Assembly: GCA_051313645.2 (NCBI GenBank)
Contig: JBNRSN020000004.1
Location: forward strand, 46,314,001 to 46,378,000
Direction of reading: 5' to 3'
DNA: 64,000 nt
Source of the DNA: Centroscyllium fabricii
Lineage: Eukaryota
The stretch's first letter is position 1, and the number at the start of each line of letters is the position of its first letter. Made by a program: the position numbers and the translations under genes. Shown here piece by piece: positions 13,467 to 26,629 of this stretch. The notes under the pieces are model-generated. The model was given only the letters and a program-made list of their open reading frames with translations, had not been told where the DNA came from and searched no databases.

Positions 13467-14122
13467 TGCCCCGCTTTCACTGAGGCTACGAATATCCCGA
13501 ATCGTCCCGAATCTGAAATTTGTCCGGTTCGTAGATAATTCTCAAACGTTTCTTGCAGTTCTTAAATGATTCTTAGTTGATTCTTAGTTGATTCCTAAAC
13601 ATTCGTACAGTTCGCGTGAGTTCGTCGATCCGGCACGAAAGTTTTTGCTTGTCAAAAACTTTCGTGGGAGGGTTCACGAATTTCAAATTCGTACATGCAT
13701 CGTAAACACTTCGTGAACCTTTCTTATCGTCCGTAACCGCTTCGTAATCGCTTCTTCTGCATTCTGGCCTATTCTTGGGCATTTGTGACTCCCTCAAATT
13801 CGTGGACCCACGCCGAATACATCACGAAACAGGCACGAATGTCCAGAATGTATTACGAATCAAGTACGAATCGGTCGTAGTGGATTCGTACAATAATTCG
13901 GCACATTCGTAAGTGAGTCGTACCTTATTCGTTAAATTCTTACCTGATTCTTTGAATTCGTACTTGTTTCTTAAACCATTCTTGACATTCGGCATATCTT
14001 TCAAGCCGATTAGCCACGAATAATTCCCGAATCTCCACGAAATTTCTCATTTTTTGCCGAATCTCCACGAATTTCAATTCGGGACGATTCGGCATATTCG
14101 TAGCCTCAGTGAAAGCGGGGCT
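13467..14122. mobile_element. PIF/Harbinger-type MITE, CpG-rich
   Basis: TTA TSD (13464-13466 and 14123-14125); near-perfect TIRs of ~40-50 bp starting GCCCCGCTTTCACTGAGGCTACGAATAT; many TTCGT/ACGAA repeats. Confidence 0.9.
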
Positions 14123-14553
14123 TTATACAGCACAGAAAGAGGCCCTTCGGCCCATCATGTCCACGCCGGCCATCAAGCCCCGTCTAATCTAATCTACTTT
14201 TCCAGCACTTGGTCCGTAGCCTTGTATGCTATGGCATTTCAAGTGCTTCTTGAATGTTGTGAGGGTTCCTGCCTCTACCAACCTTTCAGGCCGTGAGTTC
14301 CAGATTCCAACCACCCTCTGGGTGAAAAGGTTTTTCCTCAAATCCCCTCAATCTCCTGCCCTTTACCTTGAAACTATGCCCCCTTGTTATTGGCCCCTCT
14401 ACAAAGGGGAAAAGTTCCTTTCCATCTACCCTATCTATGCCCCTCATAATTTTGTACACCTCAATCAGGTCCCCCCTCAGCCTTCTCTGCTCCAAGGAAA
14501 ACAACCCCAGCCTGCCCAGTCTCTCTGCATAGCTGAAGCCCAGGTAACATCTA
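14123..14553 (-). mobile_element. CR1 family B 3' fragment; its tail continues at 13451-13466
   Basis: RRLRGDLIEVYKIMRGIDRV peptide; near-identical to 6430-6888. Confidence 0.88.
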
Positions 14554-14732
14554 CTCAGAGGTACAAGTTAGAACTATAACTTCTTGCACTTGTTATTGTA
14601 AAAATATAGATGAGCATAAAGTGGGGAAGACCTTTTTATACTCGCATTTACTTTTTCACTAAAAATAACTACCAGAGGAAAATGTGCCCTTAATGTTCAA
14701 GTTTCTCTAATCATTCAATCGGTGAATACATT

Positions 14733-15449
14733 GGGCCGTAATTTGCAGCCCCTACAGACGCATACACGCCTATAGGGGCCGCGCAGGTTCCGGGTTTAGG
14801 CATGCGCGGCGCATGCGCTAAAACCCAGAACTTGCAATCTGTCTGATCTCCCCCGGGAAAAGGACATCCATGTGCAGAGAGTTGGGTTATTTGCCCAACT
14901 TCTGTCCAGCGAATGCCCATGAAATTCTTACACCTGGTAAAAGCAGGAATAAGGCCTGCTTTCACCAGCGTAAAAGTTTTAAAAAACAGAAAAATAAAAT
15001 TAATTTATACACTTAAAAACTTGGTAAAGTTAGTTTATTTTTAGCCCCTTTAAAACATGTAAATTTATTTTACAAAAAATGTAATTTGTTTTAAATTTTT
15101 AAATGCCATTTTAATTCATTTTAAATGTGATTTTTTTTTATTTATTTGATGTGCAGGTGTTATTTTTTTTAGGGATTTCCCATTCATACTTATGGGGTTT
15201 CCGTACAAATGGAATCCCGATAATCAGGAATGGAGATTCCCTTCGGTCATTCGTTGGTCCAGCCCACGTGATCCCAGGGGTGCTCACGAACCACCTGCGC
15301 CCCGGATACGTAGACCTCTTCCCGCGGGTACCCGGAGAACCCCAGGACTGCGGGTCTCCGTACCTCCCGGCCCACCAGGTAGGCACGGATTTGATTTGCG
15401 GATCAGCGGCATTTCTCTGCGGAAAGCCTCCAACTGCAAATTCAGGGCC
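14733..15449. mobile_element. MITE, GGGCC-TIR class, ATT target duplication
   Basis: ATT|GGGCCGTAATTTGCAG...CTGCAAATTCAGGGCC|ATT; GC-rich ends, AT-rich centre. Confidence 0.8.
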
Positions 15450-15851
15450 ATTATACATTGTAATGTTGCGTCATACTAACCTATGGTTCCCAAGTTCCAT
15501 AGTCTGTGCTCAGTTAACCCATCTCAGTCCGCATGGATGTGCAGGTGTTGCTGATCATCATCGGGCTAAGAAAGGAAATAGTACCTGTATCTACATTCGG
15601 TTTGCTTCTGATCTCCATGTAGTGCTCCATGAATGAAGTGGACATGTCTGAACATTAGGTAAAGGCAGTGCCCATGGTCAGCTATGTTAACCCACCCACA
15701 TAGCCTAAAGTATTTACATTTACTTGCCAGGGTCACAGATGGAACAAAAATACCAGAGGACTGCTGGGATCCATGATGCCCCAAAACATACACGTTATCA
15801 ACTTTGGGATCAGACAACATTTTCTGTGTTACAGAAGTCAGGTGGCACAGT

Positions 15852-16252
15852 GGGCGGCACGGTGGCACAGTGGCTAGCACTGTTGTCTCACAGCACTGGA
15901 GACCCGGGTTCAAATCCAGCCTCGGGTGACTATCTGTGTGGAGTTTGCATATTCTCCCCGTGTCTGTGTGGGTTTCCTCCGGGTGCTCCGGTTTCCTCCC
16001 ACAGTCCAAAGATGTGCGGGTTAGGTTGATTGGCCATGATAAATTGACCCTTAGTGTTAGGGGGATTGAATATGTGGGGTTACGGGGATAGGGTGTCGAT
16101 GCAGGCTCGATAGGGATCGAGGGATATGGGGATATGGGGAGAGGGCAGGGGCGGGGTACTGGGTTTGGAGGATCAGCCATGATCTCATTGAATGGCGGAG
16201 CAGGCTCGAAGGGCCAAATGGCCTACTCCTGCTCCTAGTTTCTATGTTTCTA
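15852..16252 (+). mobile_element. HE1-like V-SINE, full length, long-tail type
   Basis: A and B boxes, V domain, tail GATCAGCCATGATCTCATTGAATGGCGGAGCAGGCTCGAAGGGCC...(TTTCTATG)n. Confidence 0.92.
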
Positions 16253-16985
16253 TTTATTTTTGAAGTTGATATTACTGCACTTACAATTCGATTTGTACGC
16301 TGAAATCATTGATCTTAAGAAGATAATCTTCAATTTAAGACAAAAAATAAAACATTTTGTCTGTTAAAGGATTGTTCCTTAATTTGTACTGCATTTCTGG
16401 CAACATTTTTTGTGCAGTCTCAAAAGCTAAAATAAAAAAGGTAATTATTCATTCTTGCTAAGCAGATTTAAAGTACAGGGTAGTCATTTCCTTCTGTCTA
16501 TACAGGGTAGTAGTAAAGTTCAAAATGTAATTACATTTCAGCCTTCATTGCAATACAAGAGATAATTACTTTATTTCCAAAAATAAACTAGCTGCTGGCA
16601 AAAGCAATCATGTCGCAGGTTTTTAAAGTCAGAGTCGCATTAATTTGCAAGTACTAGAAATGGACTAGTAGCAAGCCAGAACAGTTTACAACGCTGAGGC
16701 AAAATTTCCTCTTTAATTACATTAGTAATCTGGAGTCACCCGAGTCAGTAGGGGATGAAAAATAGGTTTGGAGCTATTCTGCTGGTTCTTCACTATCTGG
16801 CACTACTGTACTTCGATAATTGCCCATCTGAATTGACATCCAAAATAGGCAAGCATGTTGTAATGAGACTCAAATGTTGGGAATATGTAACATGACATAT
16901 CTCCCATCATTTGCACTATAGTAAAGCTAGGCCTGATGAATGCCATGGATTCTTGGCAACCAGGGTTGCTGTGGAGGAATTTTTA

Positions 16986-17084
16986 GTGCAAACTCCACAC
17001 AGATCGTCACCCGAGGCCGGATTTGAACCCGGGTCTCTAGTGCTGTGAGGCAACAGTGCTAACTACTATGCCACCGTGCCGCCC
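16986..17084 (-). mobile_element. HE1-like SINE 5' (tRNA head) fragment
   Basis: Reverse complement of the SINE head at 15852. Confidence 0.85.
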
Positions 17085-17099
17085 ATGATGCAAGATAGA

Positions 17100-19060
17100 T
17101 TCTTACAGCACAGGAGTCCATTCGTAATGTTGTGCCTGTGCCGGCTCTTTGAAAATTAGTCCTCCAAGTAAGTATCCAACTACCTTTTGGAAGTTCCTAT
17201 GATATCTCATTCCACCAACCTTTCAGGTAGTGCGTTCCTGATCACAACAACTTCATGTGTGAAATCATTTCTTCTCATTTCCCCTCTCCTTCTTTTGCCA
17301 ATTATTTTAACTCTATGACCTCTGGTTACAGACCAATGCTCCCTCTGCTATTTGTTTGGGTGCACAGCCCATTCAAATTTCCGCACATGCGTCCACGCAT
17401 GCGTGGCTTTTCCATTTAAAAGCCGGTGAGCTGCCTGCACAGGACCTCCAGACCGCTGCGCAGCCACGCGGCTTAAAGGGAACATCGTTACCAACCCATC
17501 TGCTCTATCAAAACTCCTGATAGTTTTGAATAACTATTAGGTCTCTTAACCATGTGTGCTCTAAGGAGAACAATCCTAGCTTCTTCAATCTCTCGATGTA
17601 ACTGAAGTCCCTTACCCTGGTATCATTCTGGTAAACCACCTCTGTACCCTCTCCAAGGCCTTGACGTCCTTCCATAGTGTGGTTCTCAGAATTGCACACA
17701 ATACTCCAGTGATTTGTAAAGGTTTAGCATGCCTTACTTGTTTTTGTATTCAATGACCCTATTTACAAAGCCAAGTATCCCATATATTTTCTTAACCACC
17801 TTATCAACTTGTCCTGCCACCTTCAAAGATTTGTGAATATAGCAACATAAGAAATAGGAGCAGGAGTAGGTCAACTGGCCCCTCGAGCCTGCTCCGCCAT
17901 TCAATAAGATCATGGCTGATCTGATCATAACCTCATATCTACTTTCACTCTCCATCCCGGCAGAACCCATGTGATCTCCTGGGAGAGGCGAAAAACCAGA
18001 CAAAAACCCAGTTTGGGAGAAAAAATCTGGGAAATTCCTCTCCAACCCATCTAGGCGATCGAAACTTGTCCAGGAGATCACATGGCCGATCTGAACCTAG
18101 CATCACGACCATTTACCTGCCCGCTCACCGTAACCTCGAATTCCCTTTACTTTCAAGAAACTGTCAATCTCGGTTTTAAATTTATTCAAAGTAGTAGCTT
18201 CCACAGCTCTCTGGGGCAGCAAATTCCACAGACCTACCACCCTCTGAGGGAAGAAGTTTCTTCTCATCTCAGTTTTGAAAGGGCAGCCCCTTATTCTCAG
18301 ATTATGCCCCCTAGTTCGAGTCTCACCCATCAGTGGAAACATCCTCACCGCGTCCATCTGATCAAGCCCCCTCACAATCTTGTATGTTTCGATAAGATCG
18401 CCCCTCACTCTTCTGAGTGAATATGCACCCCACCCCCAGGTTTTTCTACTCTTGCACCCCCCCCTCAAAATCAGACCATTTAGATTATACTGCCGCTCCA
18501 TGTTGCTTCTCCCAAAGTGCATCACTTCACAATCTGCATTAAATTGCATCTGCCTGTGCCCACCCATTTTCACCAGTCTGTCTCTGTCCTCCTGAAGTCT
18601 GCTACTATCCTCCTCACTATTTACTATGCATCATCCGCAAACTTCAAAATTATACTCCCTACATCCAAGTCCAGATCATTTGTATAGACTAAAAGCAATG
18701 GTCCGAATACTGACCCCTAGGAGACCCCATTGCATAATTCTTTCTAGTCAGAAAAACATCAGTTCACCACTACTCTCTGCCTCCTATTTTGTACCAAAGT
18801 TACCACCATCCCTTTAATACCATGTGCTGCTGTTTTCTGAATAAGTCAGTTATGCAGTACTTTATCAAATCCAGTTTGAAAGTCCATATATACAGCTAAT
18901 GCACTACCTTCATCAACCCTCTCCGCTAATTCAAAGAACTCAACCAGGTTAGTCAGACATGATTTGCCTTTAACACATGCTTCTTCAAGTGAGAATTCAT
19001 TTTGCCCTCGACAATGATCTCTAGTACTTTTCCCACCACTGATAGGCCTGTCGTTGGGGG
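17100..19060 (-). mobile_element. Old decayed CR1, interrupted by a younger CR1 3' fragment and a small insertion near 17335-17490
   Basis: Peptides KVAGQVDKVVKK, KGKSCLTNLVEFF and VYMDFQ..FDKV. Confidence 0.75.
17841..18416 (-). mobile_element. CR1 family C 3' fragment with hairpin-bearing 3' UTR
   Basis: 8-bp TSD GTGAATAT (17833-17840 and 18417-18424); RGDLIETYKIV...GYGERAGKWS; perfect 16-bp inverted repeat CCATGTGATCTCCTGG / CCAGGAGATCACATGG. Confidence 0.9.
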
Positions 19061-19101
19061 CGGGACTGAAACCCGACAACCAGCAGTCCCGTCCCCAGTG
19101 C

Positions 19102-19350
19102 ATCCAAAAATGTGCGGGTTAGGTTGATTAGCCATGATAAATTGACCCTTAGTGTTAGGGGGATTGAATATGTGGGGTTACGGGGACAGGGTGGGATATG
19201 TGTCGATGCAGGCTCATGAGGGATATGGGGAGAGGGCAGGGGTGGGATACTGGGTTTCGATGATCAGCCATGATCCAATTGAATGGCAGAGCAGGCTCGA
19301 AGGGCCGAATGGCCTACTCCTGCTCCTAGTTTCTATGTTTCTATGTTTCT
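19102..19350 (+). mobile_element. HE1-like SINE, 5'-truncated, long tail
   Basis: Matches the 3' half of 15852-16252. Confidence 0.85.
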
Positions 19351-19359
19351 ATCCCCATT

Positions 19360-20250
19360 GATAAAATCCAGCCCTTTGTCCCAGGAGGCAGTCACACCCC
19401 TTAGATTAAGGAATACTTTAGAGTTCGTCAACGGTCAGGGGCAGGAGGTTGTGACTAAGAGTCATGAAGGTATGGGGACCCAGGATGTAGTGATGGAGGC
19501 GCCTCGGCCCTTGTCTTTGACCAACAGGCTTGAGGTACTTGCTCATGAGAACAAGGACTGCAGGGTGGATGAGCAAACTGACCATGGCACTGGGAAATGT
19601 TTGCACTCAGAGGGACCTGGGTGGCCTTGTACATGAATCACAGGAAGTTAACACACAGGTACAGCAAGCAATTAGGAAAGCAAATGGTATGTTAGCTTTG
19701 TTACAAAGGGATTAGAGCATAAGAGTAAAGAAGTCTTACTACAATTATACAGGGCATTGGTGAGGCCACACCTGGAGTACTGTTTACAGTTCTGGTGCCC
19801 TTACCCAAGGAAAGACATACTTGCCTTAGAGGGAGGGCAGTGAAGATTGACTAGACTGGCTCCTGGGATGAGGGGATTGCTCTATGAGGAGAGACTGAGT
19901 AGACATGGCGTATATTCCTTAGCGTTTAGATGAATGAAAGGTGATCTCATTGAAACACACAAAATTCTTAAGGGGCTTGACAGGGGTAATGCTGGGAAAA
20001 TGTTTGCCCTGGCTGGGGAAATCTAGAATACAGGGTCAAAGTCATAGAATAAGGGGTGAGCCATTTAGGACAGAAATGAGGAGAAATTTCTTCACTTACA
20101 GGGTTGTGAATCTTTGGAATTCTCTACCAGAGAGCTGTGGATGCTCAGTTGTTGAGTATATTCAAGAGAGAGGTCAATACATTTTGGGGAACGAGGAGAG
20201 TTGAGGGATAAGGGGATGGTGCGGAAGGGTAGAGTTGAGGTGGAGGGTCA
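19360..20250 (+). mobile_element. Internally deleted CR1 (ORF1-like piece joined to ORF2 3' end)
   Basis: PLSLTNRLEVLA (CR1 ORF1-like NRF motif) followed by [13 protein letters not shown] and FRTEMRRNFFT. Confidence 0.7.
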
Positions 20251-20269
20251 TACATGGTCTTGTTTTGTT

Positions 20270-21558
20270 TTTTTTTTGTTTATGGGATGTGGGCGTCACT
20301 GGCAATTTATTGCCCATCCCTAATTGCCCTCGAGAAGGTGGTGGTGAGCCGAAGAAGCCTTGGCGAGTTGCTGCATTGCATCTTGTAGATGGTGCACACT
20401 GCAGCCACGGTACGCCAGTGGTGGAGGGAGTGAATGTTTAAGGTGGTGGATGGGGTGCCAATCAAGCGGGCTGCTTTGTCCTGGATGGTGTCGAGCTTCT
20501 TGAGTGTTGCTGGAGCTGCACTCATCCAGGCAAGTGGAGAGTATTCCATCACACTCCTTACTTGTGCCTTGCAGATGGTGGAAAGGCTTTGGGGCGTCGG
20601 AAGGTGAGACACTCGCCATAGAATACCCAGCCTCTGACCTGCTCTTGTTGCCACAGTATTTATGTGGCTGGTCCAGTTAAGTTTCTGGTCAATGGTTACC
20701 CCCAGGATGTTGATGGTGGGGGATTCGGAGATGGCAATACCATTGAATGTCAAGGGGATGTGGCTAGACTCTCGCTTGTTGGAGATAGTTATTGCCTGGC
20801 ACTTCTGTGGCGCAAATGTTACCTGCCACTTATCAGCTCAAGCCTGAACATCGCCCAGCTCGTGTTGCATGCAGACATGGACTGCTTCATTATCTGAGGA
20901 GTTGTGAATTGCACTGAATACACTGCAGTCATCAGCAAACATCCCCATTTCTGACCTTATGTTGGAGGGAAGGTCATTGATGAAGCAGCTGAAGATGGTT
21001 GGGCCTAGGACACTGCCCAGAGGAACTCCTGCAGCGATGTCCTGGGGCGGAGATGACTGACCATCAACCACCACAACCATCTTCCTTTGTGCTAGGGATG
21101 GCTCCAGCCAGTGGAGTGTTTTCCCTCCCTGATTCCCATTGACTTCAGTTTTACTGGGGCTCCTTCATGCCACACTCAGTCAAATGCTGCCTTGATGTCA
21201 AGGGCAGTCACTCTCACCTCACCTCTGAAATTCAGCTCCTTTGTCCATGTTTGGACCAAGGCTGTAATGAGGTCAGGAGCTGAGTGGTCTTGGCGGAACC
21301 CAAACTGGGCATAAGTGACCAGGTTATTGATGAGTAACTGCCGCTTGATGGCACTGTCGATAACACCTTCCATCACTTTGCTAATGATTGAGAGTAGACT
21401 GATGGGGCGTTAATTGGCCGGGTTGGATTTGTCCTGCTTTTTGTGGACATGACATACCTGGGCAGTTTTCCACATTGTTGGATAGATGCCAGTGTTGTAG
21501 CTGTACTGCAACAGCTAGGCTTGAGGTACGGCTGATTCTGGAGCACAAGTCTTCAGCA
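20270..21558 (-). mobile_element. Family A LINE 3' portion
   Basis: ILGVTIDQKLNWTSHIN, GVPLGSVLGP, FADD; T-run (A-tail) near 20262-20280. Confidence 0.92.
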
Positions 21559-21619
21559 CGTTGAGTGGCGGGACAGGCTTGAGGGGCCAAATGGCCTACT
21601 CCAGCTCCTATTTCTTACA

Positions 21620-23340
21620 TTCTTATGCTTGGTTTGTATCCAAACTATATCCACCTTAAAGGCCTGCCATTGTTCAATTACTGTTTTCCCAGCCAATCTG
21701 TGTTTGCAGTCCAGCTGCGCTAGATCCCTTTTCAAAATCATTGAAATTGGCACTCTTCCAGTTGGGTATTTTCAGCTTTAATTTTTCTTTGTTCCTTTCC
21801 ATAATTACTTTAAACGTAATTATACCGTAATCATTATTGCCCAGATGGTCTCCCACTGAAATACACTCCCTTGTCCTACTTCATTCCCCAGAACTAGATT
21901 CAGTACTGTTCCCTTACTTGGGCTAGAAACATACTGATTAAGAAAGTTCTCCTATAAACATTTTAGGAATTCTTCACCCTCCTTGCTCTTTACTCCGTTT
22001 CTTTGCCAGTCTGTGTTCGGGCATTTGAAGTCCCCTACTATTACTGATCTATTATGTTTACATTTCTCTGAAATTTGCCTACATATTTGCTCTTCTGTCT
22101 CCTTCTCACTATTTGGGGGCCTATATGAAGCACCCAGCAATGTAACAGCTCCTTTTCTGCTGCTTAACTCTAATCAAATAGATTCAGTCTTTGAACCCTC
22201 TGGTATATCATCCCTCTGTAGAACGGAAATATTATCCTTGATCAATACTGCCACCACCACACCATCCCCCATCCCTCCGGAATACATTTCAGCCAAGAAT
22301 GTTTAGTTCCCATTCCTGTCCATGTTTAAGCCAGGTCTCTATCACAGTCACTATATCATAACCCCCATGTGGCAACTAGCACCTGTAGCCCGTCAACTTT
22401 ATTTGTAACACTCCTCACATTAACACACATGCATTCCACCACCATGCTCGTCAGCTTTGCTTTATTCCTCCATCTAATTCCTGCTCTTTCTACACTATCC
22501 TTTGTCCTGTTGCTGGTTGTCCCTCCTAATTTTCTCCTCTCTGCTGCTGCATTTTGCTGCCCCTTCCCATGCCAAATTAGTTTAAACCCTTCCCCACAGC
22601 ACTAGTCAAGCTCCCCGTGAGGACATTGATCCCAGCCATGTTCAGGTGCAACCCATCCAGCTTGTACAGGTCCTTCCTGCCTCAGAACTAGACCCAATGC
22701 CCCAGCAATCTGAAGCCCTCCCTCCTGCACCACTTATCCAGCCACGCATTCGCTTGCACTATCTTCCTGTTTCGATACTCACTAGCACGTGGGACTTGGG
22801 GTAATCCAGAGATTACCACCTATGAGGTCCTGTTCGTTAATCTTTTTCCTAGCCCCTGAAACTCTGCCTGTAGGACCTCAACCCTTTTCCTACCTATGTC
22901 ATTGGTTCCAACATAGTCCATGACTTCTGGCTGTTCCGCTTCCTCTTGCAGAGTGTCCTGCACCCATTCAGTAATATCCTTTAACCAGAGAGGCAACACA
23001 CCCTTCAGGACTCAGGTCGCAGTAGCAGAAATGTCTATCTATCCCCCTGACGACTGACTCCCCTTTCACAACTGCATTTCTACATTTTCTTGTGCAGCCG
23101 AGTTTCCCACAGTGCGCTGGATTTGTTTCTGACTGCACTCCCCTGAGGCATCATCATCTCACTAGTATTCAACACTGAATGCGAGTGCCACACTCAGAAT
23201 TCCTGCACTACCTGCTTGGTCCTCCTAGTCTGTCTGGTGATCACCCACTTCCTCTCCTCCTGAAATCCTTAACTGCGGGGTGACCACCTCCTGAAACGTG
23301 CTATCCACAAAACCCTCAGCTTCCCGTATGCTGTCCCTCA
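21620..23340 (-). mobile_element. CR1 5' region (ORF1 remnant plus APE endonuclease), decayed
   Basis: YRPPNS, IVGDF and HLGNNDY endonuclease motifs. Confidence 0.75.
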
Positions 23341-23413
23341 AGATCAGACCCTCACTTTGAGCAGTTGCAGTGTTTCCTGAATGAGATTTTCCAGGATACA
23401 CAAAGAAGCTCAA

Positions 23414-25365
23414 TTAGTGATCAAATATGACACCAAGGTTGCGAACAGACTTGGTCAGCCTTAGACAGTTGCCGGGGAGGGAGATCGAATCAATGGAAAG
23501 GGAATGGCGTTTGTGGCATGAACCCAAGACAATGGCTTTGGTCTTCCAGTTATCTAATTGGAGGAAATTTCTACTCATCCAGTGTTGGATGCCAGACAAG
23601 CAGTCTGATCGTATAGAGATGGTGGAGGGTTCGAGAGTGGTGGAAGAGAGGTGGAGCTGGGTATCATCAGCGTACATGCGAAAATTCACATTGTGTTGCC
23701 GAATTATGTGACCGAGGGGCAGCACGTAGATGAGAAACAGGACGGGGCCAAGGATAGATCCTTGGGGAACACCAGAGGTTACAGTGCAGGATCGGGAAGA
23801 GAAGCCATTGCAGGTGATTCTGTGGTTACAGCTGTAAAGATAGGAATGAAACCAGGCGCGTGCAGTCCCATCCAGCTGGACAACGGTGGAGAGGCGTTGG
23901 AGCAGAAATTTGTGGTCAACCGAGTCAAAGGCTGCAGACAGGTCAAGAAGGACGAGAAGGGATACATTACCTTTGCCTCAGTCAATTAGGATGTCATTTG
24001 TGACCTTGGTAAGAACAGTTTCAGTACAGTGGCAGGGGCTGAAGCCTGATTGGAGGGATTCAAACAACAAGTTCTGGGAAAGATGGTCACAGATTTGGGA
24101 GGCGACAGCACATTCAAGAACTTTGGAGAAGAAAGGGGGGGGGGGGGTTGGAGATGGGGCGATAGTTTGCAATGACGGAGGGGTCAAAGGTAGGTTGTTT
24201 TTGTTTGTTTTTTTGAGAACTGGGTGGTGATGGCAGATTTGAAGGAAAGGTGGATAATACCCGAGGAGAAAGAACTGTTAACAATATCCACGAACATGGG
24301 AGCCAGGAAGGAAAGTTGGGTTGTCAGCAATTTAGTAGGCATAGGATCGAGAGAGCAGGAGGTCGGTCTCAATGACAAGATGAGCTTTGAATAAACAAGG
24401 GAGAGATAGGAGAGAAATATGCAAAGTTAGGGTTAGGGCAGGGGGAAAACAGGGAGGAAGTAAGGTCTGGTGGGCTAGGGGAAGGGAGGGAATAGAAAGC
24501 AGAAGCAGTTGAACAGATGCTGTCGATCTCTTTAACAAAGAAGTCCACGAGCTCCTCATATTTATTGTTGGAGGTGAGGGAGACAGGGGAGGGTGGATTG
24601 AGAAAACGGGTAGTGGTGAAGAGAAGGCTGGTGGTATTTTTGCCGTCCTGGATCATCTTAGAACAGTGGACGGTTTTAGTGATGGGGAGCAGGACCCGGT
24701 CGTGCTTTATATGGTCTAGCCAAACCTGGTGATGGACGATTAGACCAGTTGTCCGCCAAAGATGTTAAAAGTCTGCATCCCTTGGGACTTAAGGGAGCGG
24801 AGATGAGGGGTATACCAGGGGGAATGACTAGGGTGAGTGGGGACAATGGCATCAAAGGTGGTGGAGAGGGTGTGAATTAGAAAGTCAGTAGCTGTAGAGA
24901 TGTCATGGAGAATTGTAGGCCAAAGGCTAGGTAGTTGGGAAATAGAAAGTGCAGTGGTAAGGGACTGGAGGGAGAGATCTTTCCAGGGGAGGGTACGAAA
25001 AGAAGTGGGTTTAGGAGGGGAATATGGGTAGAGAGTGATAAAAGAAAATGGTCGGAGATTGCCTTATCGGTGATGGTTATGGAGGGGATAGCGAGGCAAC
25101 GTGAGATGATACAATCAAGGAGGTGGCGGTGTATACAGGTGGGAGAGTTGACGTGAAGGCGGAGATTAAGGGAGGAAAGGAGGGCAGTGAAATCAGGAGA
25201 GGGAGCAAAAAGAGTTGGTGGAGTTTGAAATCACCAAGGATGAGAAGTCATGCGGTGCAGAGCCAGAGAGAGGAAAGCAGAGAAGATGTCTCATTGAGAA
25301 AATTGGTGTGGTATTTGGCTGGGCGATACAGAATAAGGATTTTAAAAATAGGGGTGGAACAAGGC
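23414..25365 (-). mobile_element. L2-type LINE ORF2 fragments
   Basis: MYADDTQL, SVRNLGVIFD, LQSGFSPCHCTET.L.KVTND and CSLDPMPT. Confidence 0.85.
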
Positions 25366-26265
25366 GAGAGGCTCGATGTTGGGCTTGTGTGCTGTGAGGA
25401 GGATGCAGAGAAACTCCAGTATGATTTGGACAGGTTGGGTGATTATACTGCATTTGCCATGCATCTGCCCAATGTGGATAAATGCGAGGTTATCCACTTC
25501 GGTGGCAAAAACTGTAAGACAGATTATTAACTAAACGGCAATAGATTGGGAAAAGGGGACGTGCAACGAGACCTGGGTGTCATTGTGCATCAGTTGCTGA
25601 AGGTAAGCATGCAGGTGCAGCAGGCGGTTAAGAAGGCAAATGGTATGTTGGCCTTCATAACGAGAGGATTCGAGTACAGGAACAAGAATGTTTTGCTGCA
25701 GTTGTACAGGGCCTTGGTGAGACCACACCTGGAGTATTGTGCGCAGTTTTGGTTGCCATATCATGAGGACGGCACGGTGGCATAGGGGTTAGCACTGTTG
25801 CCTTACAGCACTTGAGACCCGGGTTCAAATCCAGCCTTGGGTACTATCTATGTGGAGTTTGCACATTCTCCCCGTGTCTGCGTGGGTTTCCTCCGGGTGC
25901 TCCAGTTTCCTCCCACAGTCCAAAGATGTGCGGGTTAGGTTGATTGGCCATGATAAATTGACCCTGTGTTTGGGGGATTGAATATGTGGGGTTACAGGGA
26001 TAGGGTGGGATATGTGTCGGTGCAGGCTCGATAGGGATCGAGGAATATGGGGACAAGGCAGGGACAGTGTACTGTATTTGGATGATCAGCCATGATCTCA
26101 TTGAATGGCGGAGCAGGCTCGAAGGGCCGAATGGCCTACTCCTGCTCCTATCTTCTATGTTTCTATGTTCTTGCCATGGAGGGAGTGCAGCGAAGATTCA
26201 CCAGACTGATACCTGGAATAGCAGGAATTACGGATGAGGAGAGATTGGGTCGATTAGGCTTATAG
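25365..26265 (+). mobile_element. CR1 family C fragment with nested HE1-like SINE (25770-26170)
   Basis: VQRDLGV..VQQAVKKANGML..RPHLEYC; SINE A/B boxes and long tail inside. Confidence 0.85.
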
Positions 26266-26335
26266 AAATCATTGAGATCATTGAGTGTTTCTAGCTTTTT
26301 TTGTGTTTGTTTCAGATTTCTAGCATATGCAATAT

Positions 26336-26629
26336 TGTGGCAGAACTACTGAATGACTCTAACTCTGGCTAACTGTATATAATTCTCTTTAACGTTGTTC
26401 TAACACCAGCCTAAACCTGTACCATTGTGTTAGGCATTACTGTGTTTTGTATATAGAGTTTGCATGTACGGGGCATGGCCCCTTTAAGAGCACGGGAAAA
26501 CGCGATGACGTCACGTCGCAAACCACGGGGCTGCCCTGGCAGTCCTTGTGGCATCTTCGTTGAGTAAAAACCTGTTGAATTGTTCTCGTGTCGATCTCTG
26601 TTTTTCGTTGGAATTCGTCAATTCCTACA
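26336..26629 (+). mobile_element. Solo LTR (Gypsy-like, 4-bp TSD)
   Basis: ATAT|TGTGGCAGAA...TTCCTACA|ATAT; contains palindromic CRE TGACGTCA and an AGTAAA poly(A)-like signal. Confidence 0.75.

Noticed and set aside
15852-15925. tRNA-like sequences with A and B boxes (also ~1255-1330, ~32181-32270, ~59130-59200)
   Set aside because: SINE heads continuing into SINE bodies, not tRNA genes
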